Assembly: GCA_965205655.1 (NCBI GenBank)
Contig: CBDBIJ010000137.1
Coordinates: 1-63,973 of the forward strand
Direction of reading: 5' to 3'
Origin: Candidatus Latescibacterota bacterium
GTDB lineage: Bacteria > Latescibacterota > UBA2968 > UBA8231
DNA length: 63,973 bases
In this document: piece after piece, positions 1-9,627 of the stretch
How the letters are laid out: the number at the start of each line of letters is the position of its first letter
Numbering within the stretch: the stretch's first letter is position 1
Position numbers and translations under genes: made by a program
Notes under the pieces: generated by a model
Database searches by the model: none
What the model saw: only the letters and a program-made list of their open reading frames with translations
What the model was told of the DNA's origin: nothing

Positions 1-308
1 ATTTGGCGACACAGAGATAGTCGAAATCCTATCGAGGAGGCGCATCGTGGAGAGCAATCTGAGCCTGCAAGACAAGGTAGCTATCGTCACCGGCGCTGCA
101 CAGGGGATCGGCAAGAAGATCGCCATCGATTTCATCACCCGGGGCGCGACGGTCGTCATCGGAGACATTCTGGACGATGTAGGTAACGACACGGCCGTGG
201 AGCTAGGTCCGTCAGCTTCGTTCGTGCACTGCGATATCAGCGCGCTCGACGAGGTTCTGGCAATGGTGAACGGCACCGTCTCGAATGCAGGGCGCATTGA
301 CATACTAG

Positions 309-1471
309 TGTGTCCAGTTTCGGAATGGTGTTGACACTTCAGTCTCCCTGTTTGAGGATGCCGTCAGTGGCTCCCCAGAAGATGTCAGATGGTATCCGGC
401 CTCGTGTTCGGTACCCCTGATGCGGCCGTTCGTCGTTATAGAAAGCCAGGTACCGTTTCAGACATCTGTCGAGCTGCGGACGAGCAGTGAAGTATCTCCT
501 GCGAAAGGCCACACGCCAGTGCTCGTGAAGGATCGTGCCCTGCAGGCGTTCGACGAAGCCGTTGGTCCATGCGTGACGGGGTTTCGTACGTGTGTGACGG
601 ATACCCAGGCTCTGACAGGCTTCATCGAACTCTCCTTTGAACTCGCTTCCCCGGTCGGTCAGGACTCGCCGAAGCGACCATCCAGCGGCTTCGTAGAGCG
701 GCAGGAGGATTTCCACCAGGAAACGGACGGCGTGCTCAGCGGTGTTGGCCGGAATGATGCGTGCAGCCGCGTACGAGCAGGCCGCATCGCAGGCCGTGAT
801 CTGCCAAACCTTCCCCACTCCTTTGAGTCGGCCGATGTAGAAGGTGTCCAGACAGACGAGCTCACCCGGCTTGTTGGCCTCCACATGCCGCCTCTGGCGA
901 CGGGCGCGCTGCAGTTCCCGTCGCGTGCGCTCCGTGAGCAGACCTGCTCGCTGGGCACTGTGTCGTTCCAGGACGACGAGTCGCTGCTGCCGAGTTCCCA
1001 GATCCATGCGTCGCAGCGCTCGATAGATCGTGCTGGGCGACAAGGATCGGTGCTGTCGAGCCAGTTGCAGCGAATAGAAGCGGGGTCCGCAGGTGGGATG
1101 AGACAGTGCCATCGCCAGAATCACCTGCTCGTCCTGGACCGACAGGCTGTGGGGACGTCCTCTGCGCGTCGTCCGACGTCGAGGGTGAAGCCCATCCCGA
1201 CCGTAGCGCTCATATCGATTTTTCCAGCGGTAGAACAGGGAGCGGGAAATCCCCAGCTCCCGGCAGGCTGCCGAGACATTACCGAGCTCTCCAGCTCGCT
1301 GTAGCGCCAGGAGACGTGTCGCATGTACTTTGTCCTCGAGGGTCATCGGGACACCTTCCCTGAGAGATGTTGTTTGGCGATAACTCTCCCAGAAAGGTAC
1401 CCCTGGTGGCCTTCACTTGTTATACCACCCCAAACTCTAAAACTGTCAACAGTATTACGACATCGCTCATA
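309..1471 (-). mobile_element. IS481-family insertion sequence, 4-bp target duplication CTAG
   Basis: Imperfect terminal IRs TGTGTCCAGTTTCGGAATGGTGTTGACA / TATGAGCGATGTCGTAATACTGTTGACA. CTAG at 305-308 and 1472-1475. Confidence 0.92.
339..1346 (-). CDS. IS481-family DDE transposase
   Basis: N-terminal HTH (NVSAACRELGISRSLFYRW) plus rve core (CLDT, TDRGSEF, TNGFVER); 335 aa intact. Confidence 0.93.
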   Translation of the reverse strand: MTLEDKVHATRLLALQRAGELGNVSAACRELGISRSLFYRWKNRYERYGRDGLHPRRRTTRRGRPHSLSVQDEQVILAMALSHPTCGPRFYSLQLARQHRSLSPSTIYRALRRMDLGTRQQRLVVLERHSAQRAGLLTERTRRELQRARRQRRHVEANKPGELVCLDTFYIGRLKGVGKVWQITACDAACSYAAARIIPANTAEHAVRFLVEILLPLYEAAGWSLRRVLTDRGSEFKGEFDEACQSLGIRHTRTKPRHAWTNGFVERLQGTILHEHWRVAFRRRYFTARPQLDRCLKRYLAFYNDERPHQGYRTRGRIPSDIFWGATDGILKQGD

Positions 1472-2162
1472 CTAGTGAACAACGCCGCCTACAATCCCTC
1501 CAATCAGGATGAGCGGACGACCGTCGACGACTATTCCGACGACGTATTCGCCCGGGTGATGGACGTGGACATAGACGGCACATACTACTGTTCGAAGTAC
1601 GCCGCAAGGCAGATGATGAAGCAGAAGTCCGGGTCCATCATCAACATTGCCTCGGTGGCGGGGATAGTGCCAATACGGAACCAGATCAGCCACGTGGTAG
1701 GCAAAGCCGCCATTATTCGCATGACTGAGGCCATGGCGCTCGAGCTCGGAGGCCACGGTATTCGAGTCAACGCGATTTCGCCCGGTTCCACAGTGACCGA
1801 CGCGACGCGCGGGTTGTTCTACGAACAGGATGGCAGCTACAACGAGCAGGGGAAGGTGCTCATGTCATTCGTCCCGTCCGGCCGTCCCGGGCAGATCGAC
1901 GACATCGCCAACGCCGCGCTCTACCTCGCCTCCGATATGTCCTCCTACGTGAACGGACACAACATCGTCGTCGACGGCGGCTGGACGTGTGGTTTCATGA
2001 GAGATTTCTGAGCGAAGTCTCGAGACTCACCGGGGATCCAGAGTTGAGCGGCGCACGTTGCTTCACGAGGGGTCGTTATGTAGAATATAGGTGTCGAAAA
2101 AAAGCAAACTGCGCGAAAGCGGGATAAAAGGAACGGGTTCTCGTCTGAGCGATACTATACCT

Positions 2163-2189
2163 TAAGCTGGTGTTGCGTGACGCCGATAA
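2163..2189 (+). promoter_or_regulatory. sigma28 (FliA)-type promoter
   Basis: TAAG-N15-GCCGATAA upstream of fliG; the established consensus is TAAA-N15-GCCGATAA. Confidence 0.75.
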
Positions 2190-2197
2190 CCTAGATA

Positions 2198-2238
2198 GCC
2201 GCACTTCCCCGGCGGGCGGATGCGGCGTTTTTTGTTTT
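2198..2238 (+). terminator. terminator/attenuator-like hairpin in fliG leader
   Basis: GCCGCA...TGCGGC stem followed by GTTTTTTGTTTT. Confidence 0.45.
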
Positions 2239-2260
2239 AAGTCGGGAGATCAGCTGGCGG

Positions 2261-3349
2261 GTGATGGCTACTTCCCCTGTCCAGACCTCGAAAGGTGCTC
2301 GGATGGCTCAATACGAATCACGAAATGAAGAAGAGGGCGCGGCGGAAGAGGACGAACAAGAGATTCCGACCATGCAGAAGGTGGCTGTCCTGTTCGTGGC
2401 CCTCGGACAGGAGACGGCCGGCGAGGTGATGAAATTCCTCACCGACTACGAGATCGAAGAGATCACCCAAGCCGTCGCCGCGCTCAAGAACATCACCGTT
2501 GAGAGGCAGGACAAGGTTATGGAGGAGTTCGAGACGCACCTGCTGGCCGGGGAATGGGTCAGCCAGGGCGGTATGGACTTTGCCCGCGGTGCTCTGGAAC
2601 GAGCCGTGGGACCGCGCAAGGCGCAGGAGATCCTGGACCGGGTCTCCAGCACCCAATCCTCCGGCTTCTACATGCTCAAGAATGTGGCTCCCGAGCAGAT
2701 AGCCCCGTTCATCTCCCACGAGCACCCGCAGACCGTCGGTCTCATTCTCTCTCAGCTCGACCCAGCGCAAGCCTCTGGAATTCTGTCGAATCTGCCTGAG
2801 CGCATGCAGTCGGACGTGGCCTACCGCATCGCCACTATGGAGAACATCACCCCGGCCACTCTCAAGGAGATCGAGGAAGCCCTGGAGACCTCATTGAGGG
2901 ATATTCTCGGCGGCAACCAGGATGTGGGTGGTCCCAAGGTCGTGGCGGACATCCTCAACCTGACGGGCTCGTCTGTGGAGAAGAACGTTCTGGATTTGAT
3001 GGACGCGCAGGATCCGGAAGTGGCCGAGGCGGTGCGAAACCTCATGTTCGTCTTCGCTGACATCTCCAAGCTCACTGATCGGGAGCTGCAGATACTGCTC
3101 CGGGAGGTGGATCAGAAGGACCTCGTCATCGCATTGAAGGCAGCTGAGGAGGAGCTCAAGGACAAGATTCTCGGCAATATGTCCGAGCGCGTACGCACCT
3201 TCATTACCGAGGAGATGGAGTTTTTGGGTCCCATGCGCCTCAGCGAAGTAGAGGAGGTGCAGCTCCGCATCGTTCAGCAAGTGCGCCAGCTCGAGGAGCA
3301 GGGCCAGGTTACCATCGTCAAAGGCGACGCCGACGACAGCTTCGTATAG
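2261..3349 (+). CDS. fliG: flagellar motor switch protein FliG (start may be ATG 2303)
   Basis: GGMDFA, EHPQT, GG linker, MFVF and NMSER motifs of the FliG N/M/C domains. Confidence 0.95.
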   Translation: MMATSPVQTSKGARMAQYESRNEEEGAAEEDEQEIPTMQKVAVLFVALGQETAGEVMKFLTDYEIEEITQAVAALKNITVERQDKVMEEFETHLLAGEWVSQGGMDFARGALERAVGPRKAQEILDRVSSTQSSGFYMLKNVAPEQIAPFISHEHPQTVGLILSQLDPAQASGILSNLPERMQSDVAYRIATMENITPATLKEIEEALETSLRDILGGNQDVGGPKVVADILNLTGSSVEKNVLDLMDAQDPEVAEAVRNLMFVFADISKLTDRELQILLREVDQKDLVIALKAAEEELKDKILGNMSERVRTFITEEMEFLGPMRLSEVEEVQLRIVQQVRQLEEQGQVTIVKGDADDSFV

Positions 3350-3429
3350 TTATTCTTCTACTCGAAAAGTGCTCCCCGCTCGTAGGAATCCGTCCTAATC
3401 GCGAAGGCCGGTCAGGATTCATCGGCAGC

Positions 3430-4338
3430 TCAGTCTTCAGCCTGAACCTGCTTGATCATAGCCCGCAACTCGGCAGCATTGCGGTGCATCGCATCTACAT
3501 GGGAGCCGCCAGGGGGGCGAAAATGCGTGGCCAGCGCGAGCACCGCGTCAACGCGGTAGTCCCGCAAATTGCGAAGGACAGTCACGTAGTCAACGTCTCC
3601 ATCGGATAGGGATCGGTACTCAAAGTCAAGATTCACACCATCGATGACGTGCAGGTTCTTGAGGTGGAGCGAATGCAGATAAGGTCGCACATTGTGAAAG
3701 CCAATCGTCTCGACGTGACACTCGCCGCAGTTGAGGTTGTCGGAAGGGGTCCACATCACTTTGACCCTCTGCGAGCCGAGGCGTTCAGCTACACGACGAA
3801 AATTGGTGGTCGTGTTGGTGTAGATCCAGGGCTCCTGTGAGAAAACGAGGTCAACCCCGTGTTGCTCCGCAGCCTCCACCGCCTGTGACAAAGTCTTGAC
3901 CAGCTTCTCCATGTCGATGTCAGCGATCACGCCTCCTCCGGTAAGCCAGCGCATCGGCCACGTGGGTTTGCCCGCCGAGTACTCGCCGGGCCAGGCAAAA
4001 GAGTGCAGGTTCACGGCGCCTATCCCCAGCCGAGCGGCGATCTGCATCGTCCGGATCGTGTCACCGAGATGTTCCCGGTAGACGGGGTGGTCCTGGAAAG
4101 TCTCCAGCCCAAGCTCGGTCAAGTGCAGCTTCTTGAAAGGTACCTCCGGACTGATGACCGAAATCTTCAGCCCGTAGCGGTCGACCTGCGCGGCGACCTC
4201 GTCCCATTTCCCGTCTGTCATCTCAGCAACGCGCGGCACGCCGGGCAGCCGATTGAACCAGACGGATTCGACACCGATGTCCCTGGCGGTGGCTAGCATC
4301 TCGTCAAAGGAGTCCAGCCCCAGTTCCATCAGCCGCAT
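3430..4338 (-). CDS. sugar phosphate isomerase/epimerase (xylose isomerase-like TIM barrel)
   Basis: AP_endonuc_2-type pattern (LHLKN, GDVDY). True start is probably about 4399, with an indel. Confidence 0.75.
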   Translation of the reverse strand: MRLMELGLDSFDEMLATARDIGVESVWFNRLPGVPRVAEMTDGKWDEVAAQVDRYGLKISVISPEVPFKKLHLTELGLETFQDHPVYREHLGDTIRTMQIAARLGIGAVNLHSFAWPGEYSAGKPTWPMRWLTGGGVIADIDMEKLVKTLSQAVEAAEQHGVDLVFSQEPWIYTNTTTNFRRVAERLGSQRVKVMWTPSDNLNCGECHVETIGFHNVRPYLHSLHLKNLHVIDGVNLDFEYRSLSDGDVDYVTVLRNLRDYRVDAVLALATHFRPPGGSHVDAMHRNAAELRAMIKQVQAED

Positions 4339-4411
4339 ACCGTTTTGAAGCGATACTCCGCCTTTGAGCTTTTGGTCATGGAAGGGGAATGTTCATCCAT
4401 ACATCATCTGC

Positions 4412-5404
4412 TCAAAAAACATCTACGAGGGCCACAAATCCAACGACGGCGCCCACCGTGAGAATCCAGTAGAGGATGACGATGACGGCTGATTTGAGCA
4501 TGCGGAACCCGTACAGTCGTTGCACACCGACGATCGTAAGCATCAGGGACCAGAGTCCGAACAGTTCGACCTCCTCCAGTAGATGACGCAACGGGTCGCT
4601 TGCCGCAGCCAAGGCCGGAAATATCCCTGCCATGCTTGTCGGCATAAGGACCGACGACGTGCCGGACATCGAGATCTGGACGAGGCCAAAGCTGAGCGCA
4701 CCGGCCATGACCAAGCTTCCTAGCACCATCTCTGGCAAGTAGGCGTAGCCCACGACGGAAAGCAGCGGATAGAGCTGGGTCCGCTCCCCAGATATCCGAG
4801 CGAGTATCCATATCACGCCGACCCGGATGAACCAGGCGATGAAACTGCCAACGAGCAGGGACACCAACATGAAAAGTGGGATGCCGATCATCATCACTAT
4901 TTTCATCGGGCCGGGCATCCCGCCTCCGAGATCGCCTCCCATCTGGGCGAGCATCGTCCCAATCATGGCGACTGAGAGGATCAGCACAGAGACCAGGATC
5001 AGGAAGAAGGGCCCTACCCACTCTGGCTGCTCGGCTACTTGCTGGAAGGCCCGTCCTGGAGAAACAAGGATTCCTCCGAGTCGTCCGCGACGCCGACTCA
5101 ATGGCATCAGACATGCCAAGGCTCCTATGCCGAGAGCTCCCAATGCCGTGGTGAAGGGCCGTGTGGGAATAGTGGGTCCGACCGCTATCGGGGCGAAGTC
5201 GATGTCCTCTATCTGCTCGCCGGCTTCGAGGGGTGCGTCAAGGGGCTCCACCCCTTCAGCATCGACGACGATGACTCGGTATGAGCCTGGCGTGACCCAG
5301 CGCTGGTCGCTTTCCTGCTGAGCGTAGGACACCCGGAGGACGAGGAGCAGTAGAGCGAGAGGGGGAACGGAGGCTCTCATCGTACATCGCCAATGGCCAT
5401 CCAA
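4412..5404 (-). CDS. YIP1-family membrane protein with N-terminal extension
   Basis: ILVSPGRAFQQV motif and five TM segments typical of Yip1; signal-like N-terminus from ATG about 5380. Confidence 0.75.
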   Translation of the reverse strand: MDGHWRCTMRASVPPLALLLLVLRVSYAQQESDQRWVTPGSYRVIVVDAEGVEPLDAPLEAGEQIEDIDFAPIAVGPTIPTRPFTTALGALGIGALACLMPLSRRRGRLGGILVSPGRAFQQVAEQPEWVGPFFLILVSVLILSVAMIGTMLAQMGGDLGGGMPGPMKIVMMIGIPLFMLVSLLVGSFIAWFIRVGVIWILARISGERTQLYPLLSVVGYAYLPEMVLGSLVMAGALSFGLVQISMSGTSSVLMPTSMAGIFPALAAASDPLRHLLEEVELFGLWSLMLTIVGVQRLYGFRMLKSAVIVILYWILTVGAVVGFVALVDVF

Positions 5405-5425
5405 CAGGCCTCCGTTCTTGTCGGG

Positions 5426-5938
5426 TCATTCCCCTCCACAGTCTGATTCTTCGACCGATCTTCCAATCATCTCCCGGATGGTGATACGCAGTTCGTCGGG
5501 AGTCGGCCGGCCGACAAAATACCAGCCATTGAAAATCTGGTGAATCGTGAGGTCGGGCAGAAGTGCGAAGGTGAAGGGAACAGGGAGGGGGCCGTGAAGC
5601 TTGTCTGTCGTCTCCCCTATACCGAGCTCGTCCGTGAGCTCCAGCTTGGCGTCACTCAGGAAAGGGAATCGTGCCCCCAGACCCGCCTTGAAGGCTGCCT
5701 GAACTCGCGGCGGATCAACCGAAACGACCGCCACTCGGCAATAGGAAACTTCTGCACGTTGATGGAACTGGACCAGTTCCCGCAGTTGAACCTGACACTT
5801 CGGTCACCATGGCCCACGATAGAAAGCAAGGATCAGCGGCTCACTCCCCGCCAGCTCCGCAATCGATAATTCCCTCTCCCGGTCATCGATCAATCTCATC
5901 AGAGGGAACTTCTGTCCAACCGTGTATTTGAGCGACAT
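5426..5938 (-). CDS. AhpC/TSA (peroxiredoxin-like) selenoprotein, UxxC motif, 170 aa
   Basis: ATG 5938 is in frame with the track ORF 5426-5734. A single in-frame TGA at 5806-5804 lies in FYRGPW-U-PKC, with a downstream SECIS-like hairpin. Confidence 0.85.
5764..5780 (-). promoter_or_regulatory. putative bacterial SECIS hairpin
   Basis: GGAACTG-GTC-CAGTTCC; the loop begins with G, 30 nt after the UGA. Confidence 0.7.
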
Positions 5939-6070
5939 TCCGGCCCCCTTCGATGCAGATGAGGTTGAAAACGGGCGACGCCTGATCTGCCCTCAAGTTA
6001 GAGACATCAGTGGTGATATGCCAGGTAGGGCGGGCAGCCGGGTCCGGACCATGCCCAACAACGGGCTGAG

Positions 6071-6671
6071 CTACACGACCAGATCCAGTTGCTGCACCGT
6101 GCCGGTGCCGCCCCCCTCCATGAGATAGATCCCGGAACTGCGCACCACCCCCTGGAGCTGGTTGGCCTCACCCTTCACCTGAAAGGGGGTGTCGTGGTAG
6201 CCGAGGTAGATGGCACCGACGCCGCTCTGGCCCAGGGCCAAGAGGCGGTCGTTTCCGGCCCCGTCCTTTTGCCAGATGCGCAGCCCCTCGTACACGCTGT
6301 CGGCTTCGTCGATGAACCGATTGCCGTCCTCGTCGTAGGCGGCCAGCTCGGCGAAGCCGTTGCCGGTGCGGGCCCCGAAGAGCTCGGAGCCATCGTCGAT
6401 GGTGCCGCTGCCGTCGCGGTCCAGAGCGAGGAAGCCGCTGCTGGGGCCGACGAAGTGGATTCGCTCGGCCTGGCCGTCGGTGTCCAGGTCGAAGTGATAG
6501 GTGCGTTCGGTCAGGTCCGCGGCCGGGCCCTCGAAGTTGACCACCAGAGGGTCCTGCAGGGCGCCGCCTATCCTCACCTCCAGGCTCTCCTCGCTGGCGA
6601 ACCGACGCTCCATAGTCAAGCTGACGTCGACGTCGATTTCCTCGCCATCGGCAGTGCGCACCACCCCCTCG
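6071..6671 (-). pseudogene. 3' remnant of a DxDxDG-repeat (Ca-binding-like) protein truncated by IS256
   Basis: DPLVVNF, FDLDTDG, LDRDGSG, YDEDGN motifs; the reading frame begins abruptly at the IS256 end. Confidence 0.7.
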
Positions 6672-7645
6672 GGTCAAGTCCCATTTTCAGTTGAAACAGA
6701 GCACAGGCTCGGGTGATGTTCTCAGCCCGTCATCGCGAGCTGTTTGATGCCGAGCTCGGTTTGAAGAGCTTGACGGAGCGTTGACAGGTGGTGGTAGCCC
6801 TTGACTCTGCGCAGTCGGTCCTCGATGTCGAGCAGCGCCGTGGCTGCCCAGCGGTGACGCTGCGAGGAGTTCGTCCAGTGCCGCACGTTGCGCGTGAGCT
6901 GGCCCAGGAGGCTGTTGACGTTCTCGATGCAGTTGGTGGTGCGGAAGGAATCCTTCAGCATCGGCATCAGTCCCAGGCGATGGAGCGTCAGGGTTTCTCC
7001 AGTCCAGGCCTTCCTCGAGGCTCTTCAGAGCAGATTGGTTCATCAGTTTCAGACCGGGCTTGAGCGCTTTCAGGGTCGCCTTCGCCTCTTCGTAGGTGGG
7101 CTTATTGTAGGCCGCCTCAATCTTGCGACGGACTCGGGCCTGTTCACTTTTCGGCAGGTACGACACGACGTTCTTGCGCTTGTGATACTGGCAGCGCTGC
7201 ACACAGGCATGGCCCTTCAGCACCGACATTACCGCCTTGTAGAGGCCCTTGGCGCCGTCGATCAACACCAGCAACCCGGCCTCGTATTGCAGGCCCCTGT
7301 CGACCAAGTCGGCCAGGAAGCGGCGACAGACGCGCTCGTTCTCGGTGGCGGCCTCCACGAAACCCAGCGGGATCTTGTGCCCGTCAAGGGTGACGCCCAG
7401 AGCGATGATGAGCTCTTCGTCCGCGAAGCTCTTGCCGTCGAGAAACAGCGCCACCAGGTCGTAGCCTTCCAGGGAGCGCTCCTGGAATTCGGCCAGCTTG
7501 CGAGCCGTGCCCTTCACGTAGCGACGGGAGACCGACGAGCGTGACAGGCCGAACGTCTCCGGTACGGTCTCGGCGCAGTCCTCGTAGTTGCGAGTGGCGA
7601 TACCCTGTAAAGCCCTGGGTTTCTGGACACTGATTTGGCGGATGG

Positions 7646-8554
7646 TCAGGCCGCCTTGGACAACTCCTGCTGGAAGCTCCGGCGCACCTGGTTTGGCGTC
7701 TGATAGTTGTGTCGCTCGAGGAGCCACTTCTCGTTGTAGACTCTCTTGAATTCGAGCAGGGCAAGACGGAGCTCTTCGACCGTGGCAAAGTATCGGACCC
7801 ACAGGAGATTCTCCTTGAGGGTGCGGATGAATCGCTCGGAGCAGCCATTGCCCTCCGGGGCACGCACGAAGCTGGGCGACGACTCGATGCCCAGGAAGTC
7901 GATCTGTTTCTGGAAGTGGTCGGACATGTACGCAGAGCCATGATCGTGGCGCAGCTGCAGCCCCCCGGCGATACCCTTGTCGCCGCCGCCGAAGTGTTCG
8001 CGGACTCCCTGGTGGATCGGCTCCAGGGCCTCGAAACGGTCGCCTGTGGCCGCTGCATGAATGCCGATGCACTCCGAGCTGCAGTGGTCGACAGCCACGA
8101 AGACCGTAGCTGTGCCTTCGCCGGTGGTCACGGTGGTGGTCAAGTCGGTTCCCCACATCTGGTCTGGTCGCTCGGTGGTGATCGTCCCGTCGTGTGCTTG
8201 CGGGCCCCTTGGCTGGCCGGCGCGTTGCGGCACCTGCAGGCCGTGCTCGCGCATCACACGGCGTACGCGTTCCTTCGAGGTGCGGATGTCCTGCGCCCGC
8301 AGCTGGGCCCACATCTTGCGGTAGCCTTCCCCGTGAAAGGGGGACGCCTTCAGCAACTCGCGAATCTTCTCAGCTAGCTCATCGTCGGTACACGGCCCTT
8401 GGGGACCTCGTTTCTTCCGCTCAAGACGCTCCTCCGGACGCAGAGCCGCCCGACGCCGATGCTCGTGGACGGTGGAGCGAGGAAACTGCCAGACCCGACA
8501 CACACGCTGCAGCCTGTACGGCCGCTTCCTGGAGGGCGACTGGGTCTGGCTCAT
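7646..8554 (-). CDS. IS3-family transposase OrfB (HTH + rve DDE)
   Basis: GYRKMW, WGTD, DHGSAY, NGCSERF; start overlaps the orfA stop (ATGA). Confidence 0.9.
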   Translation of the reverse strand: MSQTQSPSRKRPYRLQRVCRVWQFPRSTVHEHRRRAALRPEERLERKKRGPQGPCTDDELAEKIRELLKASPFHGEGYRKMWAQLRAQDIRTSKERVRRVMREHGLQVPQRAGQPRGPQAHDGTITTERPDQMWGTDLTTTVTTGEGTATVFVAVDHCSSECIGIHAAATGDRFEALEPIHQGVREHFGGGDKGIAGGLQLRHDHGSAYMSDHFQKQIDFLGIESSPSFVRAPEGNGCSERFIRTLKENLLWVRYFATVEELRLALLEFKRVYNEKWLLERHNYQTPNQVRRSFQQELSKAA

Positions 8555-8881
8555 CGCTTCGACCTCCGGGATGCCAAAGGGAGTCCATCCTCCAGGCGAT
8601 GGATCTTGGACTCCAGCAACTCGTTGTCCATCGTCAGATCCCCCACCTTCGCTTTCAGGCGGGCGATCTGTTCATCCCGCTCATCACGGGTACGGCTGTG
8701 CAGAGCTGACTCACCCCCACCCAGGAACTGCTCGCGCCACTCACTCAGCGTGGCTGCCATCACACCCAACATCCCGGGACAGGACCTCCAGGTCCTCCCC
8801 ACGCAGCAGGCGCAACACCGCCTCCTGCTTTCGACGAGCGGAGAATCGGCCGACCCGAACACCCTTCTTCTGCTTAGTCAT
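8551..8881 (-). CDS. IS3-family transposase OrfA (one extra base in this copy)
   Basis: HTH plus leucine zipper (LKAKVGDLTMDNELL); comparing the two copies gives a 109-aa consensus. Confidence 0.8.
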
Positions 8882-9449
8882 CTCAAACACTCCTTTCAGG
8901 TCCATGTGGACCCTCTAATGTGTCCAAGAAAACCCTGGGGCGCTGGAACCCTTCAACACCTTCTGCAGCAGTCCTTCGTCCATTTTCCGGGGCGTCTGCA
9001 GGGCTTGGTAGGCGTCCAGCGCGACCTCCGTGTCGCTGTCGACGTTGCGTACCCGGGGCACCTCTACGGGTACCTTCTGATCACCCAGATATACCGATCC
9101 CCGCTGAGAGCCCCAGCGACGGTACGGCTGATCTGACTCCTTGCGTTGATACCGGCGCCCGGCCAATTCCATGACCGCCCTCTGCAGCTCTTCGGCCACC
9201 GCCTCCAGTCCGAGAGGGACCAGCAGCTGGATCGCCTCGATTCTAGCATCCAGATCCTCTGCCACAGCTCCTGCCGCTGGATCCACGGTGCCGATTTCAA
9301 CCGTGCGTTTGACGCGCTTCTTCCGTGCTGATAGCTTGCCCATTGCAGGCTCCTTTCTTGTTACCCACACGAGATTCTTTCCAGGATTTCTCGTAAGAAG
9401 GTAACGATGGGGAGCCTGTGCTGTTTCAACTAAAATCGGGACCATGCCA

Positions 9450-9596
9450 CGGGGCGAACTTCCACCGCCTTGTCGCATGTTTGGTGGTAACGTGTGGACG
9501 GCCGGAGTCGTGCTCACCCACATTGAGGCCAGGCTCGCAGAGGCCGCGAAAGAAGCGGAAGCCCTGCAACGTAAGATACGCGAACTTAGTCATTGA
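9450..9596 (+). pseudogene. 3' remnant of AlpA/excisionase-like DNA-binding gene
   Basis: Frame not in the track reads RGELPPPCRMFGGNVWTAGVVLTHIEARLAEAAKEAEALQRKIRELSH*; cut by the IS256 end, upstream of the integrase. Confidence 0.55.
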
Positions 9597-9621
9597 CTTG
9601 AAGATTGTCTGAAAGTAATTT
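9593..9621 (+). promoter_or_regulatory. sigma70-type promoter, probably giving a leaderless mRNA
   Basis: TTGACT-N17-TAATTT, 6 nt before ATG 9628, with no SD sequence. Confidence 0.55.
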
Positions 9622-9627
9622 GACTGC

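Larger units (their letters stand above)
47..2011 (+). pseudogene. SDR family oxidoreductase interrupted by IS481-family element (5' part 47-308, 3' part 1472-2011)
   Basis: TGAAQGIG Rossmann motif in the 5' part. NNA and VDGG motifs in the 3' part. Removing 309-1475 restores ...GRIDILVNNAAY... Confidence 0.93.
7606..8947 (-). mobile_element. IS3-family insertion sequence (copy 1), 4-bp TSD ACCC
   Basis: orfA/orfB pair; imperfect IRs; ACCC at 7602-7605 and 8948-8951; near-identical to 47595-48934. Confidence 0.92.
6722..9343 (-). pseudogene. IS256-family transposase, split at 7606-8947 and frameshifted near 7000
   Basis: Pieces are closely similar to the intact 423-aa transposase at 19499-20770 (LFLDG, DGAKGL, QRCQYHK, TTNCIE). 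Confidence 0.9.
6672..9448 (-). mobile_element. IS256-family element (copy 1) interrupted by a nested IS3-family element; no matching TSD
   Basis: Ends GGTCAAGTCCCATTTTCAGTTGAAACA and TGTTTCAACTAAAATCGGGACCATGCC match the ends of the copy at 19393-20820. Flanks CCCCCTCG and ACGGGGCG differ. Confidence 0.9.

Noticed and set aside
2100..2160. c-di-GMP-I (GEMM) riboswitch-like GCAAAC..GAAA..GGA upstream of fliG
   Set aside because: Only a short GAAA hairpin matches. The GACGCAAAG and P3 elements are missing, and it lies upstream of the sigma28 promoter.
5993..6020. third sigma28 promoter (TCAA-N15-GGTGATAT)
   Set aside because: Poor -10 match and no downstream plus-strand gene or terminator.
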